From a virus, in IMG/VR virus record IMGVR_UViG_3300037247_001096, positions 9,134 to 73,133 of that record: 64,000 nucleotides of DNA; one strand, given 5' to 3'. The notes below the pieces were generated by a model, which was not told the origin of the DNA, did not search any database, and worked only from the letters and a program-made list of their open reading frames with translations. Shown piece by piece: positions 38,084-47,303 of the stretch. Both the position numbers and the translations under genes were made by a program. Each line of letters opens with the position of its first letter. Position 1 is the stretch's first letter.

Positions 38084-38338
38084 ATGACCATCATACCAAC
38101 CATCGACCAGTTGCGGAAAGACATGGACTCCGCGCGTAACGACCTAGCCCGGATTGACGGGCAGCAGCAGGGCGCCCGGGAGGAGCTGACCAAGCTGGAA
38201 GTGGAGGCCGGCGAACTAGGCATTGCCCCGGATAAGCTCAATGAGGAGGCCACCCGTATCACAGAGGATGTATACACGGCGCTCCAGGCGGTACAGGCGG
38301 AGACCCAGGCGCTGACAAAGGAGACCACCGGTGACTGA
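38084..38338 (+). CDS. Small coiled-coil protein
   Basis: Heptad pattern, coupled to the Rad50 C-terminal half. Confidence 0.65.
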   Translation: MTIIPTIDQLRKDMDSARNDLARIDGQQQGAREELTKLEVEAGELGIAPDKLNEEATRITEDVYTALQAVQAETQALTKETTGD

Positions 38339-38987
38339 CGTTGACCTGACCCCGCTCCGAGCTGACCTGACGGCCGTCCGCCAGCGGGTGCATGAATGGC
38401 GGGGCCAGGCCGATATGTTACACGACCAGGAAGTCCGGGAGTTAGTGCGTCAGAAATCCATGCGCGAACGGGAAGAGCTCCTCGCAAAGGTACTAGTCGT
38501 TCTCCAGAAGCTGGAGGCCACCTGGAGGGGACGGTACGAGGCAGCCCTAGCCGCCCTAGGCAGCCAGGGGTTGAATGCCGTCTTCACTGATGCGGAGTAT
38601 GAACTGCTCCTGGAGTCTACCATCAAGCGGGGTGTGTCCAGTCTCGACATCGTGCTGGTGAAGGACGGACAGCGTGTGCGGCTCAAGGGAGGAAGTGGCG
38701 GCTCGGTCGTCCAGGTCTTGGCCTACCTCCTGAGGCACCTCATGACGGTCTCCCAACGCCCCGAGCTGCGGAGGTTTGAGGCGCTCGACGAACCATTTGC
38801 AATGGTGCGGGCCGCTCAAAGGCCCGCTCTCGGCGCGATGGTGAAGGACATAACTCAGCGATTGGATTTCCAACTCCTCTTCTCGTCAGACGAAGATGAG
38901 CTAGTGGACGCCGCTGACGTGGTAATCCTTGTCCACCCGGGCGGGAAGGTGGAGAAACTGAAGAGTGGACAGGAGGACAGAGCATGA
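38331..38987 (+). CDS. Rad50/SbcC-like ATPase, C-terminal half
   Basis: Coiled coil, SGG signature and Walker B/D-loop LDEPF. Confidence 0.85.
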   Translation: MTDVDLTPLRADLTAVRQRVHEWRGQADMLHDQEVRELVRQKSMREREELLAKVLVVLQKLEATWRGRYEAALAALGSQGLNAVFTDAEYELLLESTIKRGVSSLDIVLVKDGQRVRLKGGSGGSVVQVLAYLLRHLMTVSQRPELRRFEALDEPFAMVRAAQRPALGAMVKDITQRLDFQLLFSSDEDELVDAADVVILVHPGGKVEKLKSGQEDRA

Positions 38988-39144
38988 GCCTTAAGATTTA
39001 CTACTACGGACGACGGCAACCCGTCTTTGTCAAGTATATAGATGAGGTTGAACTTGTCGTGAACTGGCTTATCCTTAAGCGGGAGGGCCGTGAATGCGGG
39101 CGATATACGCTTGACGGGCTACAGGGCTGGGAACTGGATGAAGT

Positions 39145-39489
39145 ATGAGTCGCCGCAGCACAGTTGCTCAGAGTAAAGAAGCAGAACGTGAAGTTGCTCG
39201 CATCCTCCGAGGGAGGCGCCTGACTGCCGGGGAGTGGAAAGAGGCAGGAGATGCCGATGTGGTAGGCCCGGGGTGGAAAGCTCAGGTAAAGCATCGGTCT
39301 GGCGTGCCTGTCTACATCACTGAGGGAATGCAACAGATTCAAGAGGCGGTACAGGGCACCGAGGACTTGCCTCTACTAATTATCCGTACGAAGCCCGGTC
39401 GTGGCCGTGGGGCACAGACCTTTGTGGTTCTTACGGCAGAGGATTTCTTTCGTTGGCGTGAGGACAGTAGCCATGAGCACCCAGACTAA
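39145..39489 (+). CDS. Holliday junction resolvase (Hjc-like PD-(D/E)XK)
   Basis: EREVARIL...DV...QVKHR...PLLI. Confidence 0.75.
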   Translation: MSRRSTVAQSKEAEREVARILRGRRLTAGEWKEAGDADVVGPGWKAQVKHRSGVPVYITEGMQQIQEAVQGTEDLPLLIIRTKPGRGRGAQTFVVLTAEDFFRWREDSSHEHPD

Positions 39490-39967
39490 AGTTACAGTTA
39501 TGACAAAGAACCCGAAAACCGGCCGGCCATCCTTGTTTTCTCGGGTAGCTATACAGCGCCGAGCCCGTCCTGCTGGGGTGCTCGCGTCGTTGTTGCGCCC
39601 CGCTGCCGTCAATATGGTCAAGAGCCAGAAACTCCTGCCTGGCTTCTTTGCAGCAGGCGCATACCTGACCATATCGATTCAACATTTCTTGCCGAACAAT
39701 GTCTTTGCTCTTTTGCGACCTGTCATTATGGGCCTTCAGACACGGGGAGCACGGGAGTTTCCCCTCGACCGGAGTTGCCACACCGCAGTAAACACACAAC
39801 CCTGCCGCTTTTCGCTGATGCCAGTGCTCCATATGCTTGTCCGAACGGGCCTGCTGGCATTTTGTCCCGTACCATTTTCTCCCGGGCACTACAGGCTCTG
39901 CGCCGCATGACACACACAAACCTTCCGCTTGAAGACGTTTACGTCGCCGGTCTCGTGAGTTCTCCAT
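39431..39967 (-). CDS. HNH-like endonuclease (inverted orientation)
   Basis: Repeated GLCV.CG fingers and CACC...LALDHIDG.G...VLCHNCN. Its own promoter TTGACA-18-TATTAT lies at 40003..39974. Confidence 0.85.
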   Translation of the reverse strand: MENSRDRRRKRLQAEGLCVSCGAEPVVPGRKWYGTKCQQARSDKHMEHWHQRKAAGLCVYCGVATPVEGKLPCSPCLKAHNDRSQKSKDIVRQEMLNRYGQVCACCKEARQEFLALDHIDGSGAQQRREHPSRTGSALYSYPRKQGWPAGFRVLCHNCNFSLGAHGYCPHANERNPLP

Positions 39968-40021
39968 ACATCCATAATACCAGACAAATCACTGTCCTGT
40001 CAAGTAGTAAAAGGGTGAGAG

Positions 40022-42682
40022 ATGACGGCGCCTAGAGACTGTAACCGCTGCCCTCAGTTAGCTCGGGTAAGGTCGTGTGTGGTTAACGGTTCCGGCCCGA
40101 CTGAGGCCAGAATCGCAATGGTCGGCGAAGGCCCGGGTAATTACGAAGACCAGAAGAGGAGGCCCTTCGTAGGGAAGGCCGGCCGGGTACTGCGCACCAT
40201 CGAGTGGGCTGCTGGTATCAACCAACACCTAGTCTACTACACCAACGCCACACGCTGTTGGGGTAAGCGAAACCCGAAGCCGGCGGAGGTGGACGCCTGC
40301 CACCATTTCCTCATTGAAGAGCTGCGGGAACTCAACCCCTCGGTCATTGTGGCGCTTGGCGGCGCCGCTCTCCGTTCCCTCTACCGCCCCGGCGTAACCG
40401 TTGGCTCGGTGATGGGCTTCACCCTATACAACGACGAGCTCCCTGGCATCCCCGTCATCCCAACCTACCACCCCTCATACATCATGCGCGGGCATTGGGA
40501 TGAGGTGGCGTTGGTACTGGCTCACTTCCGCAAGGCAAAGCGCATCGCCGAGGAAGGGGGTATCGAAGAGAAGCTGGGATCGTACATGGGTATCACCACA
40601 CTAGAGGAGCTGCGGGCGCTCCGAGATTACCTACTTTCTGATGCCGTTTCTATACTGGCCCTAGATACTGAGACTTGCGGTTTATCGTGGATGGACTCCG
40701 AACTCCTCTGCATCAGCTTCTCGGGTGAGGAGGGAGTCGGGTATAGCGTCCCCATCCTCCACCGGGGCGAGCGCACCGTCATGAAGACGAAGGGGCGGGG
40801 CAAGAACCGTAGGGAAGTGCCCGAACAGGAGTGGTGGCCTGTCCCCTACTGGGACTTGGAGAAGGAGATGCCCGAGGTGATCAGTATCCTCGACGAAATC
40901 CTCCGCTCCGACAAACCCAAGGCGGGTCAGAACATCGGGTTTGATTTGAGAATGTTGGAGCGCCGGCCTGATGAGGCGGTGGTGACGGCCCAGACTGCAC
41001 TCGGCTTCTACGTTAACAACGTACAGCACGACACCAAAATGCTGAGCTCACTACTGTCTGAGGTGAGCCCGGCCAACTTGACGGTGCTCACAGCCTACCA
41101 TACGGATATGCCCTATTACGAGGCTGAGATTTCCGGGATGAAATCCAAGATGTGGCACGTCCCTGACAAGGAATTATGGGAATACGGAGGAGCCGATGTC
41201 GATGTCGTGCAGCGGCTGGTGCCCCGGCTCTACCCCCAGGTGCAGGCTGAAAAGTCGGACTGGGTGTACGAAAACATCAGCATCCCCCTCATCCGCTGCG
41301 CCACGAAGCTAGAGGAGCGGGGCGTCTACATCGACCAGGAGTATTTCGATAAGCTCTGCTTGTACTACAAGGACGACCTGGCGAGGAAGAAGGCGGAGCT
41401 AAATGAGACGGTTGGGCGTGAGGTGAAGCATCCTAGCCACTACCAGCACGTACAGAAACTCGTCTTCAAAGACCTGGGCCTGCCCCTCACCGCCCAGCCC
41501 ACCGATGGCGCCCGCAAGGAGTGTGACAAGTGTCGGAAGACGCAAAGTCCCTGCTCACCGGCCCATGCCTCAACATCGGCCGACGCCTTGGCGGAGTTGA
41601 ACGAGCGGGCACCCCACCCGGTGCTACCTCTCCTCGTTGACATTCGCCACGTCGAGAAGTTCGGTAGTACCTACTTAGATGGGGGTGAGGGGGGTGGGTT
41701 CCGTGTTCATATTCGGGCAGACAGCCGCATTCACGGTCGCTGGACTGCCGGAGGCGCTCGGGCAACAGGGCGCTTTACTTGCGAGGAACCCGCCCTTATG
41801 ACTCTACCCAAGGAAATTAGGATTCATTCGGACGAGTATGACATCCACTCTGACGATGCCATTCGCGCCATGTGCGCTGCTCCTCCAGGATACGGGGTAC
41901 TCAACGCTGACTGGGGCCAGGCCGAGGTTTGGGTCATGGCCTACGAGACGGGAGATGAGACCCTCCTCAAGTTGCTGATAGATGGAACGGACATCCACGC
42001 CTACGTTGCCCGGGAGCTCTGCAAGTTGGGGGTCTCTACTAGGTTCCCCCATGAATCCGTGGATGACACGCTCTCCCTAGAGGAGTGGAGGAGCAAGTAC
42101 AAGGAAGTGCGTGACAGGGGCAAGACCTTTGTGTTCGGGATGAACTATGGCCTAACCGACGAAGGAGCTGGCCAGCGCCTAGGCTGCTCGGCAGAGGAGG
42201 CGTCGCCACTCCTGTCACACTACATCCAGAGTATCTTTCCTTCGATGGGATCATACTTCATTCGGATTCGTGAAGAGATGTTCCAGCGAGGGTCGGTCGC
42301 TGACCGCTTTGGGCGCCGGCGGCACTTCGCCGAGGTGCCCATCCTAGCGGCGCTGCGCTACCGGGGAGACCTGGAGGGGGCCATCCGCCAGGGGTACAAC
42401 ATGCCCATCCAGGGCGGGGCACACGACCTTCACTCCCTGGCGCACATCGCCACTGAGAGGGAGCTGTCGTCGTTCGTCCAGCCCGTAATTGAGATGCACG
42501 ACTCCCTTGCCATGTACGCCCCTCTAGACCGACTCGAAGAGGGTGGGGCTGCTATCAAGGAGCTGTGGGGCCACGTGGCCCGAGATACCATCCTACCCTC
42601 CGGTGAGCGGCTTGCTTGGGAGATTCCCGTCGAGATACAATGGGGTAGGAGCTTTGGAGAGCTGGAGGCGCACATTGAGTAA
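40022..42682 (+). CDS. polA: Family A DNA polymerase with an N-terminal family-4 uracil-DNA glycosylase domain (SPO1-like)
   Basis: UDG motifs GEGPG..ED..PFVG.AG and HPSY; exonuclease motifs DTET, NIGFD, YGGAD; polymerase motifs A DWGQAE, B R...KTFVFGMNYG and C MHDS. Confidence 0.95.
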   Translation: MTAPRDCNRCPQLARVRSCVVNGSGPTEARIAMVGEGPGNYEDQKRRPFVGKAGRVLRTIEWAAGINQHLVYYTNATRCWGKRNPKPAEVDACHHFLIEELRELNPSVIVALGGAALRSLYRPGVTVGSVMGFTLYNDELPGIPVIPTYHPSYIMRGHWDEVALVLAHFRKAKRIAEEGGIEEKLGSYMGITTLEELRALRDYLLSDAVSILALDTETCGLSWMDSELLCISFSGEEGVGYSVPILHRGERTVMKTKGRGKNRREVPEQEWWPVPYWDLEKEMPEVISILDEILRSDKPKAGQNIGFDLRMLERRPDEAVVTAQTALGFYVNNVQHDTKMLSSLLSEVSPANLTVLTAYHTDMPYYEAEISGMKSKMWHVPDKELWEYGGADVDVVQRLVPRLYPQVQAEKSDWVYENISIPLIRCATKLEERGVYIDQEYFDKLCLYYKDDLARKKAELNETVGREVKHPSHYQHVQKLVFKDLGLPLTAQPTDGARKECDKCRKTQSPCSPAHASTSADALAELNERAPHPVLPLLVDIRHVEKFGSTYLDGGEGGGFRVHIRADSRIHGRWTAGGARATGRFTCEEPALMTLPKEIRIHSDEYDIHSDDAIRAMCAAPPGYGVLNADWGQAEVWVMAYETGDETLLKLLIDGTDIHAYVARELCKLGVSTRFPHESVDDTLSLEEWRSKYKEVRDRGKTFVFGMNYGLTDEGAGQRLGCSAEEASPLLSHYIQSIFPSMGSYFIRIREEMFQRGSVADRFGRRRHFAEVPILAALRYRGDLEGAIRQGYNMPIQGGAHDLHSLAHIATERELSSFVQPVIEMHDSLAMYAPLDRLEEGGAAIKELWGHVARDTILPSGERLAWEIPVEIQWGRSFGELEAHIE

Positions 42683-42819
42683 CCACCGACCCCCACGCCA
42701 CCTCGAATGCGGGCGGCTGCATTGGCCGGGAGCGTGCCCCCAGGAAATCGGTTTGAAGATACGCATTTGGGATAAACTCTCAACACTGGCAGAGTGGGTG
42801 CACCCTGAAAGGAATGGTC

Positions 42820-43461
42820 ATGAGTGACGACAATGCCCTTGTCCCATCAGACGGCCGCACGGCCGCCCGTGTCCGAGGGGAGGATGGGCTACTCCCTGCT
42901 CAGCGAGAGTACCTTGCGGTATACTCAGATACGGGTTCGCCTGCGGAAGCCTTACGCCGGCTCCGCCTCACGCAAGCCCGAGTCACCCGCTGGCTCCGAG
43001 AAGACCCCGCCTTCCTCAGAGTCCACGAAGACCTCTTCAAGGGATCTTACAATGCGACTAAGGCGCGGTTCGGGGCGCTTCAGGAGCGGCTGCCTGACCT
43101 GGCACTAGACCTCATGCAGGCCCATAAAGTGGTAGTGGTAAAGCATATCTGCACCGAGTGCGGTAACAAGCAGGACGTGGCGGTGGACACTACGAACGAT
43201 ACAGTACGTGCACGGATGTGGTCTGACCTGATGAAGGCAGCGGGTCACCTCAAGGACGTGCGCCGGATAGAGGGCGACATGCTCACTACCCACTTCACTG
43301 CCGGGCAGCGCATCGCCCTGGAGAGACTGAGGCGTGGTGGTGACATCAGTGTTCAGCAATATAAAGAGCTGGAATCTATGGGCGCTCTCGAAGACTTGAA
43401 GAGGTACGACGGCTCGGGGGTGGTGGAAGACGAAGTTGCCGATGCCGCAAATGGCCTGTAA
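42820..43461 (+). CDS. HTH protein, possible terminase small subunit
   Basis: Q..YL..Y..TG...A...V.RW...DPAF pattern typical of TerS-like HTHs, plus a CxxC. Confidence 0.55.
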   Translation: MSDDNALVPSDGRTAARVRGEDGLLPAQREYLAVYSDTGSPAEALRRLRLTQARVTRWLREDPAFLRVHEDLFKGSYNATKARFGALQERLPDLALDLMQAHKVVVVKHICTECGNKQDVAVDTTNDTVRARMWSDLMKAAGHLKDVRRIEGDMLTTHFTAGQRIALERLRRGGDISVQQYKELESMGALEDLKRYDGSGVVEDEVADAANGL

Positions 43462-43507
43462 TGTACAATAGATAATTCCGTTGTAGGTAGTGAAAGGAAG
43501 GTGCATC

Positions 43508-43735
43508 ATGGCATTCCTACCGGTAGTCTCATCCACATTGACCGCAGTGAAGTACGACCGGGAACGAGGCCGGTTGGTCATCCAGTTCCCCGGTGAGAGC
43601 TTCTACGAGTACGATGGAGTCCCGGGGGAGGTGGTGCTCGACTTCCTCTTCTCCGACTCTATTGGTGGCGCGTTCAGCACTCTCATGAAAAAGGGAGGAT
43701 TCCAGTACCGTCGCATCGCAGCTAAGGACGCCTAG
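43508..43735 (+). CDS. KTSC domain protein
   Basis: V.SS.L..V.YD....L.I.F....YEY.GVP......S.G..F. Confidence 0.88.
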   Translation: MAFLPVVSSTLTAVKYDRERGRLVIQFPGESFYEYDGVPGEVVLDFLFSDSIGGAFSTLMKKGGFQYRRIAAKDA

Positions 43736-43746
43736 GGAGGGCCTTG

Positions 43747-44040
43747 ATGGTATGGGAAAACGAAAACGGAAGCGACGTACAAAAGTGGCCCACGTGGAGC
43801 ACCCGCCGAAACTGGGCGCGAAACAACTATCTGAAGTACGGCATCCAGTGGAAGCTCCAGAAGTTCCTGGTGATGCTGGCGAACCTGACGGTGCTGAACG
43901 ACCTGATAGAGGAGGAGGGCGGGGAGGTGCTGCTGACGCCCAAACAGAGGAGGGAGTGGAAGGGGTGGTACGAATCATTTCGACCGACCCATCCAGTGGG
44001 CCGTCCGAAGAGCGACTCGGGGAGTGGCCATACAGAATAG
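43747..44040 (+). CDS. Hypothetical protein
   Basis: GGAGG RBS and protein-like composition. It is preferred over the overlapping N-terminal extension of the next ORF. Confidence 0.6.
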   Translation: MVWENENGSDVQKWPTWSTRRNWARNNYLKYGIQWKLQKFLVMLANLTVLNDLIEEEGGEVLLTPKQRREWKGWYESFRPTHPVGRPKSDSGSGHTE

Positions 44041-45290
44041 TCAAGACCCCTGAAGACCTACTTGCCTTGGGAGAGTGGCTCCAGGTACTGGGGGGCGAGG
44101 TCGAAAAGACCCCGGTGGGTATCGCCGCCACCAGCAGTGAGCTGGCTCTGGCGACGAAGGCTCAGGGGTGGCTACTCCGCGCCGACGTTGACCCAGAGAC
44201 CCATGCTAGACTCGCGGGTAGTGCGGGCCATGCTGTCCTTCGCAAACTACTCACAGCGGAGCGTACAGCGCCGGCCCTGGTGACCCGGGATACGGGTTAC
44301 CTCATCACTGCCTTAGAAAACTGGTTGGGAGATTACGACCGCAATGCTCTCTTGCCCAACATCGTCCACGATATGAAGGTATTGGAGTACGTGACTGGTC
44401 GAGGTATTGCCGTGGGTATGACGGCCCTCAAGGATGCTTTGGACTGTGCCGTCGTAGGGCCTGGGATGGCGCTAGAGGCCCCACGCTTCTACCAGCAGGT
44501 GGGTATGCCCCTAGCGCGTCACAATGCGCAGACACATGTCATCTACGTAGACCCCGAGGTACCCGCGCAAGCGGCTGGGGCTAAGCCGTGGAGCCGCTGG
44601 ACGCTCACCTACGATTACCTGCTGTTCCGGGTGCTGGCCCACTACACACGCGACCCCACGATGACCCGATGGTTCGAGGAGGGTAGAAGCCCCCTACAGG
44701 AGTTCAGTAGCTACCTGGAACTCAACTCGAAAGAGGCCACAGCATTCCTCTTGTGGATGGTCTGCGGTGAGGAGGAGGAGCTTGTCAGCCGGTACTACCC
44801 CGACTGGGCCACCCTCATGCCAGAGGCACCTCAGCTTATCAAGGCGTCCCGAGTTGACAAGACCCTTCCCAACCTACGCCTGGGGCTCATCAGGCTGACC
44901 GATCAGTACGCCATCTCCCGCAAGACCGAGACTTTGTACGGGCGCCGCTCACCGTGGGGCCTGAAGCCTCAGGAGCTCCTGCACTTCGTCATCATGGGGT
45001 CGGTGAATGACCTTTTAGATGTCGTAGTGGCGTCCATCATCAGGCTGGGAAGTGACGCGCATTGGCTAGTCCCAGAGGCCAGCACGAAATACAACCACTG
45101 GTTAAGAGCACAGGTTGTTGGCTATAGTAAAGAGGAGCCTATGGATTGGCAGCGAAAATTGGAAGAACTCGGGCAGCTCAACAACCCTCTGGGAGCGGTC
45201 TCCCTTGAACCGAGAGTGAGTGTCGAAGTTGCACGGCGTGGCGTCGATACCCTCCGCGCCCGCATCAAGGAGCTGGGAGGTGAGGAATGA
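43965..45290 (+). CDS. Degenerate family A polymerase-like protein
   Basis: FRVLAHYTRDPTM..WF..G.SP, TETLYGRR and VIMGSVNDLL resemble PolA segments, but the catalytic Asp of motifs A and C is not found. Confidence 0.65.
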   Translation: MVRIISTDPSSGPSEERLGEWPYRIVKTPEDLLALGEWLQVLGGEVEKTPVGIAATSSELALATKAQGWLLRADVDPETHARLAGSAGHAVLRKLLTAERTAPALVTRDTGYLITALENWLGDYDRNALLPNIVHDMKVLEYVTGRGIAVGMTALKDALDCAVVGPGMALEAPRFYQQVGMPLARHNAQTHVIYVDPEVPAQAAGAKPWSRWTLTYDYLLFRVLAHYTRDPTMTRWFEEGRSPLQEFSSYLELNSKEATAFLLWMVCGEEEELVSRYYPDWATLMPEAPQLIKASRVDKTLPNLRLGLIRLTDQYAISRKTETLYGRRSPWGLKPQELLHFVIMGSVNDLLDVVVASIIRLGSDAHWLVPEASTKYNHWLRAQVVGYSKEEPMDWQRKLEELGQLNNPLGAVSLEPRVSVEVARRGVDTLRARIKELGGEE

Positions 45291-45710
45291 GCGCTGACGA
45301 AGTTCGCGTAGGGCAAATCTGGCAAGACAAGGACAAGCGGATGCGTACTCGATGCGTCGTCGTGATACGTATCGAGGGACAATACGCCTACTGTAGTGAC
45401 ATAGAGGGGAGGGCTGTGACGTTACTTCTACGTCGCATGGGTACTGGGAGCGGTTCTACTGGATGGCGCCTAGCAGAGCGGGGCACTCTATGAGTACGGA
45501 CACCCCTATCCCAGTCGTTACCGTCCACCACAGCGGCCCTGGTGTGGCGGAGTGCATCAGCACCCTTACCCCCGAACAACCGAAGTGTAGTTGTGGGCAC
45601 GTGTGGGTAAATTTCAGGGAGGATGGCACTGTGCTATTTGATGGGGACGCAGAGTATTTCCCTCTCACCATAGACTCCACCTGGACTATAGTGGAAGAGG
45701 AGGTGTAGCC

Positions 45711-46217
45711 ATCAGTTGCCACCCCAGCCACGAAGACCGGACAAAGCAGGCCGAGGAGCGCGCCAGGCTCCACCAGGAGGCCCAGGAGCGTACCATTGAG
45801 CAGCAGAAGCGTGACCTCACCCCTGACCCCCGCAAGATTCATCGCCAACATAGATGGAGGTTGGGCGATGATCCCGCTGGACAGGATGAGGACGATGACC
45901 CTAACGTGGTGTACCTCAAGATGGAGGGCCGTGAGGCGCCCCCCACAGAGCCCGACCAGCGCAACCTGTTGAGTGGCGGCCCTCCCTCTGGTCTCCCCTG
46001 CGAGCGGTGCGGGGAGGAGACCCGGGTGGTGGGCAGTATGAGCGTATGGGAGCAATATCAGCAGAATGATGTGGAGGTGGTGAACCTACCCGACATGAGC
46101 GAGGCGCGGAAGAAGGAGCTTCAAGAGCAGCGCATCGTGGTGCTGAAGTGCCCATCGTGCCGGAAGACTTATCAGTGGGACGAGGAGCTACTTCCCAAGA
46201 AGGTGCAGCGGTCATGA
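45711..46217 (+). CDS. Zinc-ribbon hypothetical protein, probably with an ATC start
   Basis: GGAGGT-gtagcc-ATC opens a frame with no ATG/GTG/TTG until 45861. Contains CERC and CPSC. Confidence 0.6.
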   Translation: MSCHPSHEDRTKQAEERARLHQEAQERTIEQQKRDLTPDPRKIHRQHRWRLGDDPAGQDEDDDPNVVYLKMEGREAPPTEPDQRNLLSGGPPSGLPCERCGEETRVVGSMSVWEQYQQNDVEVVNLPDMSEARKKELQEQRIVVLKCPSCRKTYQWDEELLPKKVQRS

Positions 46218-46864
46218 GTGACGAGCTGAAATCCCGCTTCCAGGAGCTCTACCCCATGCACCCATGTGAGTCCTGTGGGTTGGAGCACGTACGAATCCCC
46301 ACCATCACTACGGAAGGTGAAGTAAACGGCGAGAAGGTGGAGATTCCCTGGGTGCCTTTCGAGGTGGTGGGGATGATAGAGGGTTCGGCCCGGCCGGGCG
46401 CCGGGGCGGACTGGGACACCCCCGCCCACATCCAACTACTATTTTGGGGGCCGCCCGGCGCTCAGCAGGCATCTGCTAAGAGCATTTTGTATATGAACTA
46501 GCATGATGGTTCGAGTACGAGTTAGAGCATCCCCCTACCTAGCTGTCAAACGCGGCTCTGTAGGTGAGGTGGTGGAAGTGAAGTTCCGCAGCACCGTTTA
46601 CGAAATCTGGAAGGTGCGTTTCAAGGGCGCCGGCGTCTGGTCGCTGCGCCCAGATGAGGTTGAAAAACTCGATGGCCAACCAGTTTGACCTTATAAAGAA
46701 AGGCCGCCGGGTGGCGGTGACGCTTGCCACCGGCCTTGCGCCGAAGTACCAGATTGTATACACAGCGACCATCACCGAATGTGACGAGGTGTGGTTTGTA
46801 CTCGCCGCCCGCTACCATTTCCGTCGCGATGGCCCCAACATGAGCATCACGAAGGCGGTGAAGA

Positions 46865-47302
46865 ATGCCCCCTAAGTGCACCAATCGCCAGCCCACGTTC
46901 CGTATAAACATGCACGTCCCCGCTACCTCTTGGCACCCCCACGCAGACAAGACGTTTGAGGTGAAGAAGCCGACTGAGTGGGAGGCGTGGGCTCACGCAA
47001 TGCGGGCCATAGTGCTGGAGCTCTCTCACGGCAATGCCCGCCTGATGCTGGGATACTGGAGCGACGCATTAAATGTGCTCCCTCCCGAGGTCAGGAAGGC
47101 CCTCATCCAGGCCATTGCTGCTGGATACGGGCTCCAAATCGCCCCTGCGGAGGACGACCCCAAGACCATAGAGATTTCGCTGGTACAGCGGTATGAACCT
47201 TTGGTCGGTGAGAAGAAGACTGAATCGGGGATTGTCCTTCCCAAGACGCCAGGCTCGAAACTTGTCCTCCCGGGACAGAAAGAGTATACTGAAAGGAAAT
47301 AG
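46865..47302 (+). CDS. Hypothetical protein
   Basis: 145-aa ORF in the operon, with a KTESGIVLP tail. Confidence 0.6.
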   Translation: MPPKCTNRQPTFRINMHVPATSWHPHADKTFEVKKPTEWEAWAHAMRAIVLELSHGNARLMLGYWSDALNVLPPEVRKALIQAIAAGYGLQIAPAEDDPKTIEISLVQRYEPLVGEKKTESGIVLPKTPGSKLVLPGQKEYTERK

Positions 47303-47303
47303 T

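Noticed and set aside
43752-43964. Basic N-terminal extension of the PolA-like ORF
   Set aside because: It overlaps a better-supported gene (43747..44040), and an in-frame GTG with an RBS exists at 43965.
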